A DNA stretch of 64,000 bases from NCBI GenBank assembly GCA_964016885.1, contig OZ024742.1:130634001-130698000 (forward strand), in the 5' to 3' direction. Within the stretch, counting starts at the first letter, position 1; each line of letters starts with the position of its first letter. This DNA comes from Eledone cirrhosa (Eukaryota). Below, piece after piece: positions 30,206-45,434 of this stretch. The notes below the pieces were generated by a model, which saw only the letters and a program-made list of their open reading frames with translations, ran no database searches and was not told the origin of the DNA. The position numbers were made by a program, and so were the translations under genes.

Positions 30206-30587
30206 ATTATTACTACCATTTCAGTTTGATGAAGCGTTAATGGTCTACTGGATTTAGGAATAATGCTGTTTCAATCTAAACACAAAAGACTGATAAGGAA
30301 ATATATATAAAACAATCCTTAATAAAAATATTAAACTCGAACACAGCAGTGACTTCAATATAGAATACTTAGAGGAAAAGCTGTTACCTATTTGACACAC
30401 ACACGCACACACACACTCATAAACACATACGCACGCACACCCATACATACGTACAATAATCATACATACAAATACATACGAATAATACACATGCACACAT
30501 ATATACAGAGATACACATACACACACACATATACAAAGAGAATGAGAGAGAGAGAGCGAGAGCGAGAGCGAGGGTGAGAGAGAGAGC

Positions 30588-30618
<31 letters not shown>

Positions 30619-31182
30619 AGAGAGAGGAGGAAAGAGAGAGCGAGAGAAAGAGGGAGAGAGAGAGCGAGAGAGAGAGAGCGCGAGTGGGAAAAAGAGAAAA
30701 GGAACGAGGGAAGGGAGATAAAAAATACAAGAAAAAGATGGCGGATAAAGTAGACTGAAGAGTAGTTTACAGGTAATTAGTTCAATTTAGGTAAGAATTT
30801 ATTATTTTGCCGTTAAACACCTCAGAAATGATTCCGCCATTTTGTTATGTGATTGAAATATGTATGTAGAAAGCTAGAATTAAAAAAAAAGAAAGATTGG
30901 CTGGTTTTAGTCCAATAAAAAAGACAAAAACTTCAATAAACCAATAAAAAAATAGCAGAATACAACACGTTGCCTATTCTAAGTGACAGCCTTTGGGAAC
31001 ATATACTACTAATCGCCTACTCCTCGCCGCCATTTTCCCCATCACTACCTACTCCTTATTACAACCTTTTTCTAATCAACAACAACAGTATTATTATAGT
31101 TATCATTGTTATTGTTATTATTGTTAATATTTGTGATTTACCATTATATTTTAACTATATTTTCTCCTTATTGTATTGCAGT

Positions 31183-31326
31183 TCTTCTTCTTCTTCTTCT
31201 TCTTCTTCTTCTTCTTCTTCTTCTTCTTCTTCTTCTTCTTCTTCTTCTTCTTCTTCTTCTTCTTCTTCTTCTTCTTCTTCTTCTTCTTCTTCTTCTTCTT
31301 CTTCTTCTTCTTCTTCTTCTTCTTCT
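31183..31326. repeat. Pure (CTT)n microsatellite
   Basis: About 48 uninterrupted units. Confidence 0.95.
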
Positions 31327-31531
31327 CACAGTCGTTACACACAAGTCTTATTTCCATAACCACCAGAAGCAATACGTAAACGAATAAACGATAAGTAAAA
31401 TATCTTCATGTCTGAAGATTTTTATTGTTGTTGTTGTTGTTATTATTATTATTGTTATTATTATTATTTATATAATTTCACTGGTGCAGTCGTGGCTCGC
31501 TGTTGGTTATGTGACACAGAAGCTTATTTTG

Positions 31532-31684
<153 letters not shown>

Positions 31685-31703
31685 GTATATATATATATAT
31701 AGG

Positions 31704-31735
<32 letters not shown>

Positions 31736-32177
31736 TATAAATATATACATATATGGATATATAAATACATATATATATGTATATATATATGCATATATAT
31801 GCACACACATATATATGTTTTTTTTTCCTTAAAATTTATATTCTTCCCTACAATGTCTTCACAATCTTACATCTTTTTTCCTTAATGAGATGTGATGGCA
31901 ATTTTTGCCTCATTAAGCTAATTGATTCCGGTAGGTAAGCCCTGAAGAAGGAAAGATAGGTGAGACTGTTTGCAGATAAGTAGAATGGCAGAACAAGAAA
32001 AGGTAATCTGGATATAGAGATAGGATAGATAAAACAGGTGAAAGATACGTTGGAGAGAATGATTGGAGGGAATTGGATGTCGAAGAGTAAAGTATGTAGA
32101 GAGAGGAAGAAACAGTGTGTGTATGAGAGAGAGAGAGTGAGAGAGAGAGAGAGCGAGAGAGAGAGAGAGAGTAAAAG

Positions 32178-32212
<35 letters not shown>

Positions 32213-32330
32213 GAGAAAGGGAAGAGAGAAAGAATGCATTCGGGAAGATCGTTGCCGGAATGCGTGCATATGTCAGCAAACGTTCAATATATATATATAT
32301 ATACATACGCGCGCACACACACACGCATAC

Positions 32331-32361
<31 letters not shown>

Positions 32362-32374
32362 CATACATACACAC

Positions 32375-32411
<37 letters not shown>

Positions 32412-32580
32412 AACAGAAAAAATGAAACGAAATTTCATTTCCCACTCTTAGTACGGCTGTTACTTAAATATAAGTATGTACACGTACATACATATATGTA
32501 TACAGACGTACAGTAGTATGTATATATATATACATACATGCACACATATATATATGTACGTATGGATACACACACACACA

Positions 32581-32711
<131 letters not shown>

Positions 32712-32713
32712 AA

Positions 32714-32745
<32 letters not shown>

Positions 32746-32809
32746 ATGTAAAAGGTAAACAGAAATAACAACACAATCGGTACAGTATATGGAAGGTATT
32801 TATTAACGC

Positions 32810-32952
<143 letters not shown>

Positions 32953-33110
32953 TATGTATACAAGCACACACACACATATATATGTGTGTGTCTGTATATA
33001 TCTAATATATATATATGAGCATATAAATAAATAAATAAGTAAATATATATCTCTATATATTTATATATATGATCACACACACAGACATACACACACAGAT
33101 ATAAGTGTTT

Positions 33111-33535
33111 ATGTATGTATGTATGTATGTATGTATGTATGTATGTATGTATGTATGTATGTATGCATGTATGTATGTATGTATGTATGTATGTATGTAT
33201 GTTAGTATGTAGGTATGTATGTAGGTATGTCTGTCTGTCTGTATGTATGTATGTATGTATGTATGTATGCATTTGTATGTATATATATATATATATGTAT
33301 GTATGTATGCATGTATGTATGTGTGTATGTATGTATGTATGTATGTATGTTAGTATGTAGGTATGTATGTAGGTATGTGTGTATGTATGTGTGTATGTAT
33401 GTATGTAGGCATGTTTGTATGTAGGTATGTATGTATGTAGGTATGTATGTATGCATGTATATATGCACGTATGTATGTATGTATGTATGTTTGTATGTAT
33501 GTATGTATGTATGTATGTATGTATGCATTTGTATG

Positions 33536-33568
<33 letters not shown>

Positions 33569-33791
33569 GCATGTATGTATGTGTGTATGTATGTATGTAT
33601 GCATGTTTGTATGTATGTATGTATGTATGTATGTATGTATGTATGCATGTTTGTATGTAGGTATGTATGTATGTAGGTATGTCTGTATGTATGCATGTAT
33701 GTATGCATGTATATATGCACGTATGTATGTATGTATGTATGTATGTATGTATGTATGTATGTATGTATGTATGTATGTATGTATGCATTTG

Positions 33792-33838
<47 letters not shown>

Positions 33839-33880
33839 ATCTATGTATGTATGTATATGTATGTATGTATGTATGTATGT
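33111..33880. repeat. (TATG)n-based compound microsatellite
   Basis: Seen directly; explains the 442-aa pseudo-ORF. Confidence 0.95.
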
Positions 33881-34366
33881 ATATGAGAGTATGTTTGCGA
33901 GGGTATATGTGCAGACTAGACAGGTAATTTGAGAAAAGTCAAAACAACGAATGCGGAAAGGCAGGTTAAAAAATATAGTCAACAAAATATAAAAACAAAA
34001 CCAACAACAAATAAAAAAACAAACAATCAACACATATGCAAAAATATATATAATAGGAAAAAATAAATATAAGAAAAAAAAAATAGATAATAGGAACAAA
34101 TAAATATAATAGAAAAAATATAGATAATAGAAAAAACAATAAGAGCCAGAATAAGAAAGAAAACTAAGACACATAACAACAAGAAAAATAACAACAATAA
34201 CAACACCACAATTAAATAAAGTGGACTAAAACAACCCCTAAAGAAGGAGATATATATTTTAAGCACCAATAATATTAGATTTATAAAGCTCTTTAGGCGG
34301 AGGAGGATTGGACACCGATGTAGATAAAGAAATATAAACAGCGACAACAAAAAATGAATTGAAACA

Positions 34367-34427
<61 letters not shown>

Positions 34428-34599
34428 TATATATATGAATAAATATATATATATGAATATATATGAATATATATATGTATATATATATACATACATATAT
34501 ATACATATATATATAAATAAATTATATATATATATATATACATACCTATACATACACACATATATATATGAATAAATATATATATATGAATATATATTC

Positions 34600-34674
<75 letters not shown>

Positions 34675-34741
34675 TATATATACATATATATATAAATAAA
34701 TTATATATATATACCTATACATATATATATATATTAATATA

Positions 34742-34819
<78 letters not shown>

Positions 34820-34907
34820 GGAAAAATTTGAACAGGGACAAAACAGAGAGGCAGTACAATAAATGTTTATTAATTTCACGGTCAGGAGAGTGAGGGGGTA
34901 GGTGGGG

Positions 34908-34942
34908 GACGACGTTTCGGGCATAAGCCCTTCTTCAGGTGA
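34908..34942 (-). ncRNA. Minimal hammerhead ribozyme in a PLE-like fragment (~34817-35420)
   Basis: CAC-CTGAAGA-AGGGC(TTAT)GCCC-GAAACGTC; canonical core and GUC triplet; weak stem I. Confidence 0.7.
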
Positions 34943-35424
34943 GAAGTGTGGGGGGACAGAGTTCAAAAGGTGTGTAGGGGAGTGGTGGAGAGACATATAG
35001 CGAAAGGAAACGGTGCGAATGAAAAAATAACAAATAAAGATAAAAAATAAAAATAAAGCATGATCAAAATACAAGGAATGAGAAAATTTAAAAATAAAGG
35101 CATGATCAAAATAAAATGAAATTAAAAGGGGGGTAAACAGGTGGTGGAAGGGTGTGGGGTGAGTAGGGGTGGTGGCGGGTGGAGTGGGGAGAGGGAGACG
35201 GGTGTCCGAGCGGGGAGGGCTGAAGGTGGTGTGTGTGTGTAGGTGTGCGTGTGTGTGTGTGTATGTGAAAGTAAGGGTTGGGGGAAGAACGGGGTTGCAT
35301 GTTCAGGAAGAGGTGTGTGTGGTGGGTGTTTTTGTGGGTCGGAGTGTCTGTGCGTGTGTGGATAGGGGGGTGGGGGGAGAGGAATCAGGAGGCTGAGGGT
35401 GTAAATATGTGGTGGGAAGCACAC

Positions 35425-35538
<114 letters not shown>

Positions 35539-35564
35539 CATATATATTCATATATATATATTTA

Positions 35565-35605
<41 letters not shown>

Positions 35606-35608
35606 AGG

Positions 35609-35646
<38 letters not shown>

Positions 35647-35705
35647 GAAGAGATATTTAATTTGTTGTCATTGTATATATATATATATATACATATATAG
35701 ATATG

Positions 35706-35780
<75 letters not shown>

Positions 35781-35784
<4 letters not shown>

Positions 35785-36193
35785 GGAGGTGAGTTTTATT
35801 GTAGTACAATAAAGCAATGCAGATATCGGATAAGAAGCACTCTACAGTTTGTAGGATTGGAGTATACATAATATATAAGATCAAAAGATGGTTAAAGGAG
35901 TTCCATGTATTTTATTATGCGCATTTCAAAAACAAACATCATCATGCAATAATATTTGTGTTTTCATCAGATAAAACAGGAGAACATGATATGAAGGGTA
36001 AAAAACACTTGTGGATAGTGCAGTTTTAAATCAACGTTGATTTAAAACTGCACTATCCACAAGTGTTTTTTAGCCTTCATATCATGTTCTCCTGTTTTAT
36101 CTGATGAAAACACAAATATTATTGCATGATGATGTTTGTTTTTGAAATGCGCATAATAAAATACATGGAACTCCTTTAACCATCTTTTGATCT

Positions 36194-36203
<10 letters not shown>
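35781..36203 (-). mobile_element. Spacer-less palindromic PLE-like element with HHRs at 35909-35977 (-) and 36094-36162 (+)
   Basis: Centre TCAAC|GTTGA at 36035/36036; arms ~168 bp with one mismatch seen; GTTTTAT-CTGATGA-long stem II-GAAA-TGCGCA-TA-ATAAAAT. Confidence 0.8.
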
Positions 36204-36278
<75 letters not shown>

Positions 36279-36281
36279 CCT

Positions 36282-36315
<34 letters not shown>

Positions 36316-36371
36316 GAATAAATATATATATATGAATATATATGAATATATATATATATATGTATATATAT

Positions 36372-36414
<43 letters not shown>

Positions 36415-36462
36415 CGTATATATATATAAATAAATTATATATATATATATATATATACCTAT

Positions 36463-36521
<59 letters not shown>

Positions 36522-36890
36522 TATATATATATACATATATATATAAATAAATTATGTATATATATATGTATATATATACTAATAGATTTACGAAATCACA
36601 CTACCACAAGATGTATTGTGCATCTATGGCAAGGTAATACCGTGCCACACAATATGTTACTCAATTACAACTGAAAGGTATTCCAGAAACAGAATATACT
36701 CATACAGATTTAGTTGTATGGGGGTAATAATCGAACAAATCAATTAAGTTTATCGCTGAAATTGATACAACTAATATCAGCCAATAAATAAATGAAACCA
36801 ATTAATAAAACAAATATAAAAAAAAATATTGATATATACAGAAACCAGCGCCTGTTTAACCGATACCAAACTGTTAGTAGCAGTGAGTAA

Positions 36891-37275
36891 ATAATTGTTT
36901 CTACTTTTTGGCACAAGGCCAGCAATTATACCAGTGCATTACTGGTACTTTATTTTATCGACCCCGTAAGTATGGAAGGCAAAGTTAACCTCGGCGGGAT
37001 TTGAACTCAGATTGGAAAGGGCCGTAACTCTATGCGTCAAAGCATGGCGTCCGACCCTCTACCGATACTGCCAATCCACAGCCCTTAGTAAATAATTTTT
37101 TCAACTTTTGGCACAAGGCCAGCAATTATCCCAATGCATTACGGGTACTTTATTTTATCGACTCCGTAAGGATGAAAGGCAAAGTTAACTTTGGCGGGAT
37201 TTGAACTCAGATCGTAAAGGGCCGCAACTCTATGCTGAAAAGCATGGCGTCCGACCCTCCACCGATACTGCCAAT
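36891..37275 (-). mobile_element. Two tandem SINE family 1 copies
   Basis: 36891-37079 and 37091-37275, head to tail. Confidence 0.85.
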
Positions 37276-37601
37276 AATGTTAATAAATAATGCCATATTC
37301 CAACAGTTAGTGGTATAACAACCCGGAATTGGTGTAAAATCTTCCGCGAACTTGTCCAGCAAAAAACACAAGGAAAATAGGATATTTATAAGGCACCCGA
37401 CACACAAGCTTTAGTTTGGTTTCGTGGCTGTCAGCGGTTTGAAATCAAGTCGCTGTACCCATACTGTGTTGTCTAAAAGAGGCTGGCGGTTGACAGAAAA
37501 ATTCACACGTGTTTTTAAAATAAGCATTCAACGAGAATTATTACTTGGAGTAAAATATGGTAATGGATTTACGAAATCACACATTATATATATATATATT
37601 T

Positions 37602-37644
37602 ACAGTCCTGATGAAGAGCAATGATCAAGAAATATGTTGATTGT
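37602..37644 (+). ncRNA. Decaying minimal hammerhead ribozyme
   Basis: ACAGTC-CTGATGA-AGAGCAATGATCAA-GAAA-TATG-TT-GATTGT; 6-bp stem I; starts beside (TA)n. Confidence 0.55.
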
Positions 37645-37766
37645 TCCTCGGTGTTACTGTTGAACAAACAGATGGCGATAGCCGTCAAGACACAGCATAG
37701 TAAGGCCGTTTGCTTGCAAACGAATCAAATATTATTGTTGTTATTATTATTCGATATAACCCATAC

Positions 37767-37896
<130 letters not shown>

Positions 37897-38366
37897 ACAC
37901 ACATACATTCGCGTGCATGTAAATATTTTCACACATATATTCTCATGCCATAGGCATGTATACATACTAACAAACACACATGTACGCACACACTCACTCA
38001 CTACACGCGCAAATACTCACACTCAATCATTGGCTTCGTAATCATAAATATATACATGTACACACACACGCATGCACACACACGCGCACGCACGCACGCA
38101 CACACACGCACACACACACACACACATATCAAAGTTATCAAATATATATATATATATATATATGTCCATTCATACTCCTATATATACTTGTGCATATATA
38201 GGTGTACTTTGCGTATATTATACCATAATCTCAACATTTTAAAAAGACACGAAGTTCTCAATGAAAACATACACACAGAAATAGTTTCAACTTATACAAG
38301 TGTTGGCATAAACACACACACACACATATATACATACATACATACATTTACATAGGTTCTATACAT

Positions 38367-38442
<76 letters not shown>

Positions 38443-40189
38443 TTATGGAAGTTTTGATTTATTATCAGAGAAATTGATAATATCTTCGAATAATCTTGCT
38501 GAGACAACCGCATACTTCATATGTTCAAAAAGAAAAAGAAATATATATATAAAGAGAAATATTTTCTCTATTGAATTTCAATCCTTAAATTTCAGATATA
38601 TATTATTGGTTATAGTTTACATTTTATGTGGATATTAATGTTCTCACAGGAGAGATAACAACAGCTTAGCGCTGGCAGGTTGTTATGTTAGAATATATTA
38701 TTACTTTTTCACTTGGTCTTGTGCCAATGTAAGAAATCACTATTACACTGACACGTCAGCACCAATGAAATATGTTTGTGTATAAATTTTAAACTACGTG
38801 TTGGACTTACGATCATAATATCTTGGATTCGATTCCTTGACTGGGTTATGTGTTGTGCTATTGAACAAAACACTTAATTTCACACTGCTCCAGTATACTC
38901 AGATGAAAATGAATACCAGCTGTAGCTGTGGTTTAACCCTGCAATGGACTGGATTCCTGTCCTTGGGGAAGTCTTCTACTCGCAGTCGCTTAACGCCACG
39001 GAAACTGGCGTATTCACCAGCCCGATGAGCCTCCGGTCACGAGGCAGACTATAGACTTATAACTCGTAGTCTTAGAGCGCATTCTTCTCCAGGTTTGAAA
39101 ACAACTAAATTTTTCTAGAGAAAAGGTGTGTGAGTGAGTGAAGAAATCGACGTCTTACTAGACTGCTACAACTCCCCTAAAAAGGAGAGATTTGAACTCA
39201 GAAAATAGAGAGACGGAACGAATACATTCTATTCTATTGCATCCACAAAATTTCTCGACTATTCGTTACAAAGTATTGTTTCTAAAACTATTTAGAACAT
39301 ATCGATAAGAGTTGCAATATGAATCTGGATAATGTTTCTCTTGTATTGGACATTTGGTAAACCTAGTTTCTTTATTATCTTACAAAGGCAGCGAATTGCT
39401 CGAGTCGTTAGACGTTGGATAGAATACATTGCAGTATCTGTGCCTACGTTCTGATTTAAAATCTCACCGAGGTCAACTCTGCCTTTCATCTTTTCGTAAT
39501 CGTTAGATAAATTACCAGTTCAATACTAGAGTCATTTCTTCTTCCAAACATTTTTTTCTTAGATTTTTTCTCTCTCTCTAGACATTCTCTATCTTTAAAA
39601 AAAAAAATAAATCGACTGTATTTAGATTTGGAGAGGGATGGGCTCCGTCAAGCTTAAATGCCCGAGGCACACCCCACACGAATGCCTCAGGAGACAAGGG
39701 TTAATTATTCTACTGTTTCAGTATGGTACTTATTTTATGGATCTTTATTTATTCAACTGCGGGATATAAACGGACACAAGACAGACAACCCCCCCCCCCC
39801 CCCATATATATATATATATATATAAGATCCGAGATTACCTCTCGCACAACAGCCAAGCAAAACTGGTGGAAAAACTTTAAGTCGCTCACATTAGCCACGT
39901 CTCTCTGCCCTTACGTAGGATGGTGAAAACGAGCGTTAGGCAAATGTAGATTTTTGTGGTTGGACATGATCTGAGTTATGATAACTTTAGTGATTTTCAT
40001 CCAGCCATTTGCTGCGAGGCGAAAAGATATAGTCTCGACAAAAGGTCGAACCAACATCTTAGAATTGATTCGACAGTAGCTGGCTTCTTACTCCTGGGCG
40101 ATGTCTGACGCCACCTGTATATTGTATATACAGACCTGTCAACCTTTAAAAACACAAACGGGGAGTACCATGAAAAAAAGTGCCCCCAA

Positions 40190-40247
40190 ATGGGGAGAAA
40201 TGAGGCAAAGTGGGGAGAAATGAGGCAAAGTGGGGAGAAATGAGGCA
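40190..40247. repeat. 20-bp tandem repeat, 3 copies
   Basis: TGGGGAGAAATGAGGCAAAG. Confidence 0.9.
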
Positions 40248-40758
40248 TAATAAAAGCTATACCCATTTTGACAAGATAAGACATCTCGCACCCACTCCAA
40301 ATATTACCAATAGACTCTTTGTATGGAATTATAGATAACGATGTTGTTGGATCTTCTTCGATTCTGGCGATGAGTGTTCTAGTTGTTCAAACAAAGGAAT
40401 AGCCTGTCGTGAAATAAACATGCAAGTGCTTGAGCATCCTACTCTTAATGTAATTCACAGAGAGTTTTAGCATGAAGCAATCTGTGACAAGGTTGGCTCT
40501 TAGAATTACAGGTCGAACTCATTTTTGGCAGCTGAGTGAATTGGAGTAATATGAAATAAAGTGTCTTGCTCAAGGAAATCACACACCGTCCATCACGGAA
40601 ATCGAACTCGCGACCTTATAATATGAGATAAACACCCTAAATAGTAAGTGACAACAGACAATAGACAATAGACAATCGAGTTTATAACAATTCCACATCG
40701 AACACGAATAACAACGCACGTATTTGTGTTTGTGTTTGTTTGTAGATGTTTGCATTCA

Positions 40759-40839
<81 letters not shown>

Positions 40840-41460
40840 TGAATATATGATTGAAGGTGTGTAACTATAAGCACGCTAATCTGTGTGTGTGTATATGTGT
40901 ATATATATATGTGTGTGTGTGTGTGTGCTTGTGCGTGTTTATGCGCGTGTGAGTGTCTGTGATTGGAGGACGTTGGGAGAAAGTGTTGTCTATGTAAAGT
41001 TGTTTTGTGCCTGATATTTTATATCTTAATGGATTTTCTCTGTCTGCATTGAAACGTTTCCTTGTAATGCGTCAATTCGTTTGGGTAACTAGCGACAAGA
41101 TGGCGATACGTAGGTTGTATAGGATAATGTGCATGCATGCATGTATGTATGTATGTATGTATGTATGTATGTATGTATGTATGTATGTATGTATGTATGC
41201 GTGTGTGTGTGTATGTATGTATGTATGTATGTATGTATGTATGTATGTATGTATGTATGTATGTATGTGTGTATATATGTATGTATGTGTGCATGTAAGT
41301 ATGCATACATGCACGTAAAATTGTATGTATGTATGTATGTATGTATAAATGTATGAATGTATTTATATATATATATAGATACACGCAATCACTGTATAAA
41401 GATATCACAAATAATATCTCATTACAAACACACCCATATATCCACACATCCCCACACACG

Positions 41461-41540
<80 letters not shown>

Positions 41541-41671
41541 AAGAAAGAAAGAGAGATAGTGAGAGGCAAACATTCAATATAGACACATATATATTTACAC
41601 ACTCGTACATACCTACACACGCATTAAAAATAATCTGTATATATAATTATATATGCGATGGTCTATGGGGT

Positions 41672-41711
<40 letters not shown>

Positions 41712-42265
41712 TGTATGTGTGCATAAATATGTGTGTTTGCGTGTATATATATATTGTATATATATATATATATATATATACACATACAGTATATATATGC
41801 ATACACACGCATATATACTGATACACATACAGGCACTCCTATATACAAACTAACAAATGTACTGGTGAAAATTCATACATGCGTGCATACACATTTTCGT
41901 ATGCACACTGATAACTATAAGTCGCAATACATACACTCAATGCCCATTTCCTTTTGCTACAACCAGACTTCCGTTTGTTCACACATTTCCACCATTTTTT
42001 TTTTTACCTAAAACTAAAAGTTTCTTGTAATAATCTATGCATAGAAGTGTATGAAATATTGTTTTTGTCTGTTTAGAACGGAATGGTAAGTGTGAAAGAA
42101 GAGAATAAAGAAGGAGGTAGCGAGTTGGATAGAAAGAGGAAGAGATTGATAGACGGAGAAAGTGAAAAGAATGTGTGTTATGGAGAGAATATACGAGGCA
42201 AGAGATAGATAGATAGATGGAGAAAGATGGAGGGAGAGAGAGAGAGAGTAAGAGTGAGGGAGATT

Positions 42266-42299
<34 letters not shown>

Positions 42300-42442
42300 T
42301 ATTAAAGGTTAAAGCAAATATTTTCTGTTTCTACCTTTATACGGTATCTTCAGAAGACCCCGTATACGGGTATATATATATTCAGATACACACACACAAA
42401 CACAAATAAATATTAAGAAGTGTTCTATATACAGATATAACT

Positions 42443-42506
<64 letters not shown>

Positions 42507-42509
42507 CAT

Positions 42510-42544
<35 letters not shown>

Positions 42545-42549
<5 letters not shown>

Positions 42550-43513
42550 ATACTTTGGGAGGGTCATGTTTACAAATTTAGAAGGGCCCTAGATAAACTT
42601 AAACTAAATATTAAGATAGTGGAAAGACCAGGTACCTCCATAAAAACACTTATTAGTAATACATACTCTTTTCAAAGACCTCCCTGTATAGATAAGAAAT
42701 GCATAATCTGTAAACTAAGCCCCCATATTAACTGCAAAACTAGAAACATAGTATATAGCATAAGGTGTACTGAGGGACAATGTAAAGATAAGAATATAAT
42801 GTACATAGGTGAGACCGCTCGTAGTATAGGAGAACGATTAAATGAACACTGGCGAGAGCTTCAAGATAGAAAAATTCATCAGTACTCCACCAACATGCTA
42901 AAATAGAACATAAGGGCAAATTAGAGAACATAGAAATAAAAATAAAATCTACACACAGAAATACGCAATGTTTAGACAAATCACAGAGGCAATAAGCATA
43001 AATGAACTCCAACCAAAATTAAATAGAAAACATGAATGGAATAGCAACATCACAACTTACAATTAAGGACAAAATGAAAACATACACACATAGAACAAAC
43101 GACCAACTAGTAACATGTAAATAAACAAATAAATAAATAAACAAATAAAAACACACACGGACACCCGGATATAACACATGCGCAAACTAAGCACACAACA
43201 CACAAAAACAAGATTGTGTAGGACAGAACAAAGGAGAGGCACATAACAAAGAAAAGAATCCCCGGTCACTGATGAGGTCACAGAATGTGTGACGAAAGAA
43301 CTTTGACAATATATGAACAACCGCTCGGTTGTGGAACCAACCAACCGGAAATGTATAAATTTTTTAAATTTATAATTTAATTTATAATAAATTGGAGTGA
43401 AAGTAACTGGTGCATGTGTTTCTTATTGGTAACATGACCCTCCCAAAGTATAACAATATCGGTTTCAACACACGTTTTCAGATAAAGAATCTTGCTAAAT
43501 AAATTCAGAAACG
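42545..43513 (+). mobile_element. 5'-truncated Penelope-like retroelement: GIY-YIG endonuclease C-terminus, 3' pLTR with HHR
   Basis: C..KKC.IC...C...NIVYSIRC...C...YIGETARSIGERLNEH, then after frameshifts HQHAKIEH and QITEAI...LNRKHEW; 42545-42567 is an inverted copy of 43432-43458; ends at (TA)n. Confidence 0.9.
43265..43307 (+). ncRNA. Minimal hammerhead ribozyme in the PLE 3' region; mirror copy at 43808-43850 (-)
   Basis: GTCA-CTGATGA-GGTCAC(AGAATGT)GTGAC-GAAA-GAAC-TT-TGAC. Confidence 0.75.
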
Positions 43514-43600
<87 letters not shown>

Positions 43601-43603
<3 letters not shown>

Positions 43604-44289
43604 TTTCTGAATTTATTTAGCAAGATTCTTTATCTGAAAACGTGTGTTGAAACCGATATTGTTATACTTTGGGAGGGTCATGTTACCAATAAGAAACACA
43701 TGCACCAGTTACTTTCACTCCAATTTATTATAAATTAAATTATAAATTTAAAAAATTTATACATTTCCGGTTGGTTGGTTCCACAACCGAGCGGTTGTTC
43801 ATATATTGTCAAAGTTCTTTCGTCACACATTCTGTGACCTCATCAGTGACCGGGGATTCTTTTCTTTGTTATGTGCCTCTCCTTTGTTCTGTCCTACACA
43901 ATCTTGTTTTTGTGTGTTGTGTGCTTAGTTTGCGCATGTGTTATATCCGGGTGTCCGTGTGTGTTTTTATTTGTTTATTTATTTATTTGTTTATTTACAT
44001 GTTACTAGTTGGTCGTTTGTTCTATGTGTGTATGTTTTCATTTTGTCCTTAATTGTAAGTTGTGATGTTGCTATTCATCAGTACTCCACCAACATGCTAA
44101 AATAGAACATAAGGGCAAATTAGAGAACATAGAAATAAAAATAAAATCTACACACAGAAATACGCAATGTTTAGACAAATCACAGAAGCAATAAGCATAA
44201 ATGAACTCCAACCAAAATTAAATAGAAAACATGAATGGAATAGCAACATCACAACTTACAATTAAGGACAAAATGAAAACATACACACA
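43601..44289 (-). mobile_element. Second copy of the same PLE, tail to tail across (TA)n, with a re-inverted 5' segment
   Basis: 43601-44075 is the reverse complement of ~43039-43513; 44073-44289 is a direct copy of ~42874-43091. Confidence 0.85.
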
Positions 44290-44303
44290 TATATATATAT
44301 GTG

Positions 44304-44520
44304 AAGGCGTGTGGCAGAGTGGTTAGAGAATTGGATTCGCAATCGTAAGGTTGTGAGTTCGATTCCTGGACCAGGCGATGCGTTATGTCCTTGAGCAAGA
44401 CACTTTATTTCACGTTGCTCCTTCTACCTGGAGTTGCGACCGATAGATAGTATTAGCAATTGGAAAGACCAACGGAAACATTGTTCCCTCGGCCCGATTT
44501 GACGAAAGTTGATCGTTCCT
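44304..44520 (+). mobile_element. tRNA-derived SINE, family 2
   Basis: GGCGTGTGGCAGAGTGGTTAGAG...GAGTTCGATTCC...GTCCTTGAGCAAGACACTTTATTTCACGTTGCTCC; relatives at 14180-14310, 18583-18920, 28460-28710, 38790-39030 and 40400-40640. Confidence 0.8.
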
Positions 44521-44540
44521 TATATATATATATATATATA

Positions 44541-44846
44541 TTTATTAAAATAACAGATTAAAGTTTAAGCAAAGAATCGCTGCTTTCACCCTTAACGGGA
44601 TCTTCTGAAACTAACAAAGTCAATCTGTGAACGCAGAAGTGAATACTTCAAAAAACGTCCACAGATTGACTTGTTAGTTTCAGGAGATCCCGTTAAGGGT
44701 GAAAGCAGCGATTCTTTGCTTAAACTTTAATCTGTTATTTTAATAAATATTTGCTCTACGGTTCTTATATATTCGATATATATTTATCCTTATCAAGCCC
44801 TCTTTGGATTTTAGTCTTCAAATTTATTATTATTACTATTATTACT
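44541..44846 (+). mobile_element. Family A fold-back element; HHR copies at 44562-44612 (-) and 44676-44726 (+)
   Basis: Inverted arms; flanked by (TA)n on both sides. Confidence 0.7.
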
Positions 44847-45352
44847 ATATATATATATATATATATATAATTATATGTATATATATGTTTATATATATAC
44901 ACACAAATCCTATCGAGTGCTCTTTGATCCATTTTAAAGATTCTCTAAAGATGTAAACATTATCATTCGAGTCACAGAACAAATTATGTTTACACACTTT
45001 GTTTAGAAAGCTGTTGAAGTGTGTATACATTTTTTGGAGACACCCTGTATATATATATAAAAACTATGTATATTTATTATATAATGGATGTGACAGCGAT
45101 ATATTTCTTTACAGTAACAACTTTAGTGATAAAACGATTTAATTTTTTGATATTTGTTGCATTTTTACTCTTGTGCATTGTATCACCGCATTCATGCAGC
45201 ATAGGACTAATTCTTAACCAAATTTACAAAATATACCGCTGATAAGAAGATACGTGGTATTTGCTGAGTGTGGATATATATAGAGTTTAAATAGCTGCAA
45301 AACTCTTTATTTAGTTTGAATATTTAATTTTAGCACACACACACACACACAC

Positions 45353-45433
<81 letters not shown>

Positions 45434-45434
<1 letters not shown>

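Noticed and set aside
43063-44052. Identical 93-aa ORFs on opposite strands
   Set aside because: Antisense reading of the PLE 3' region duplicated by the inversion
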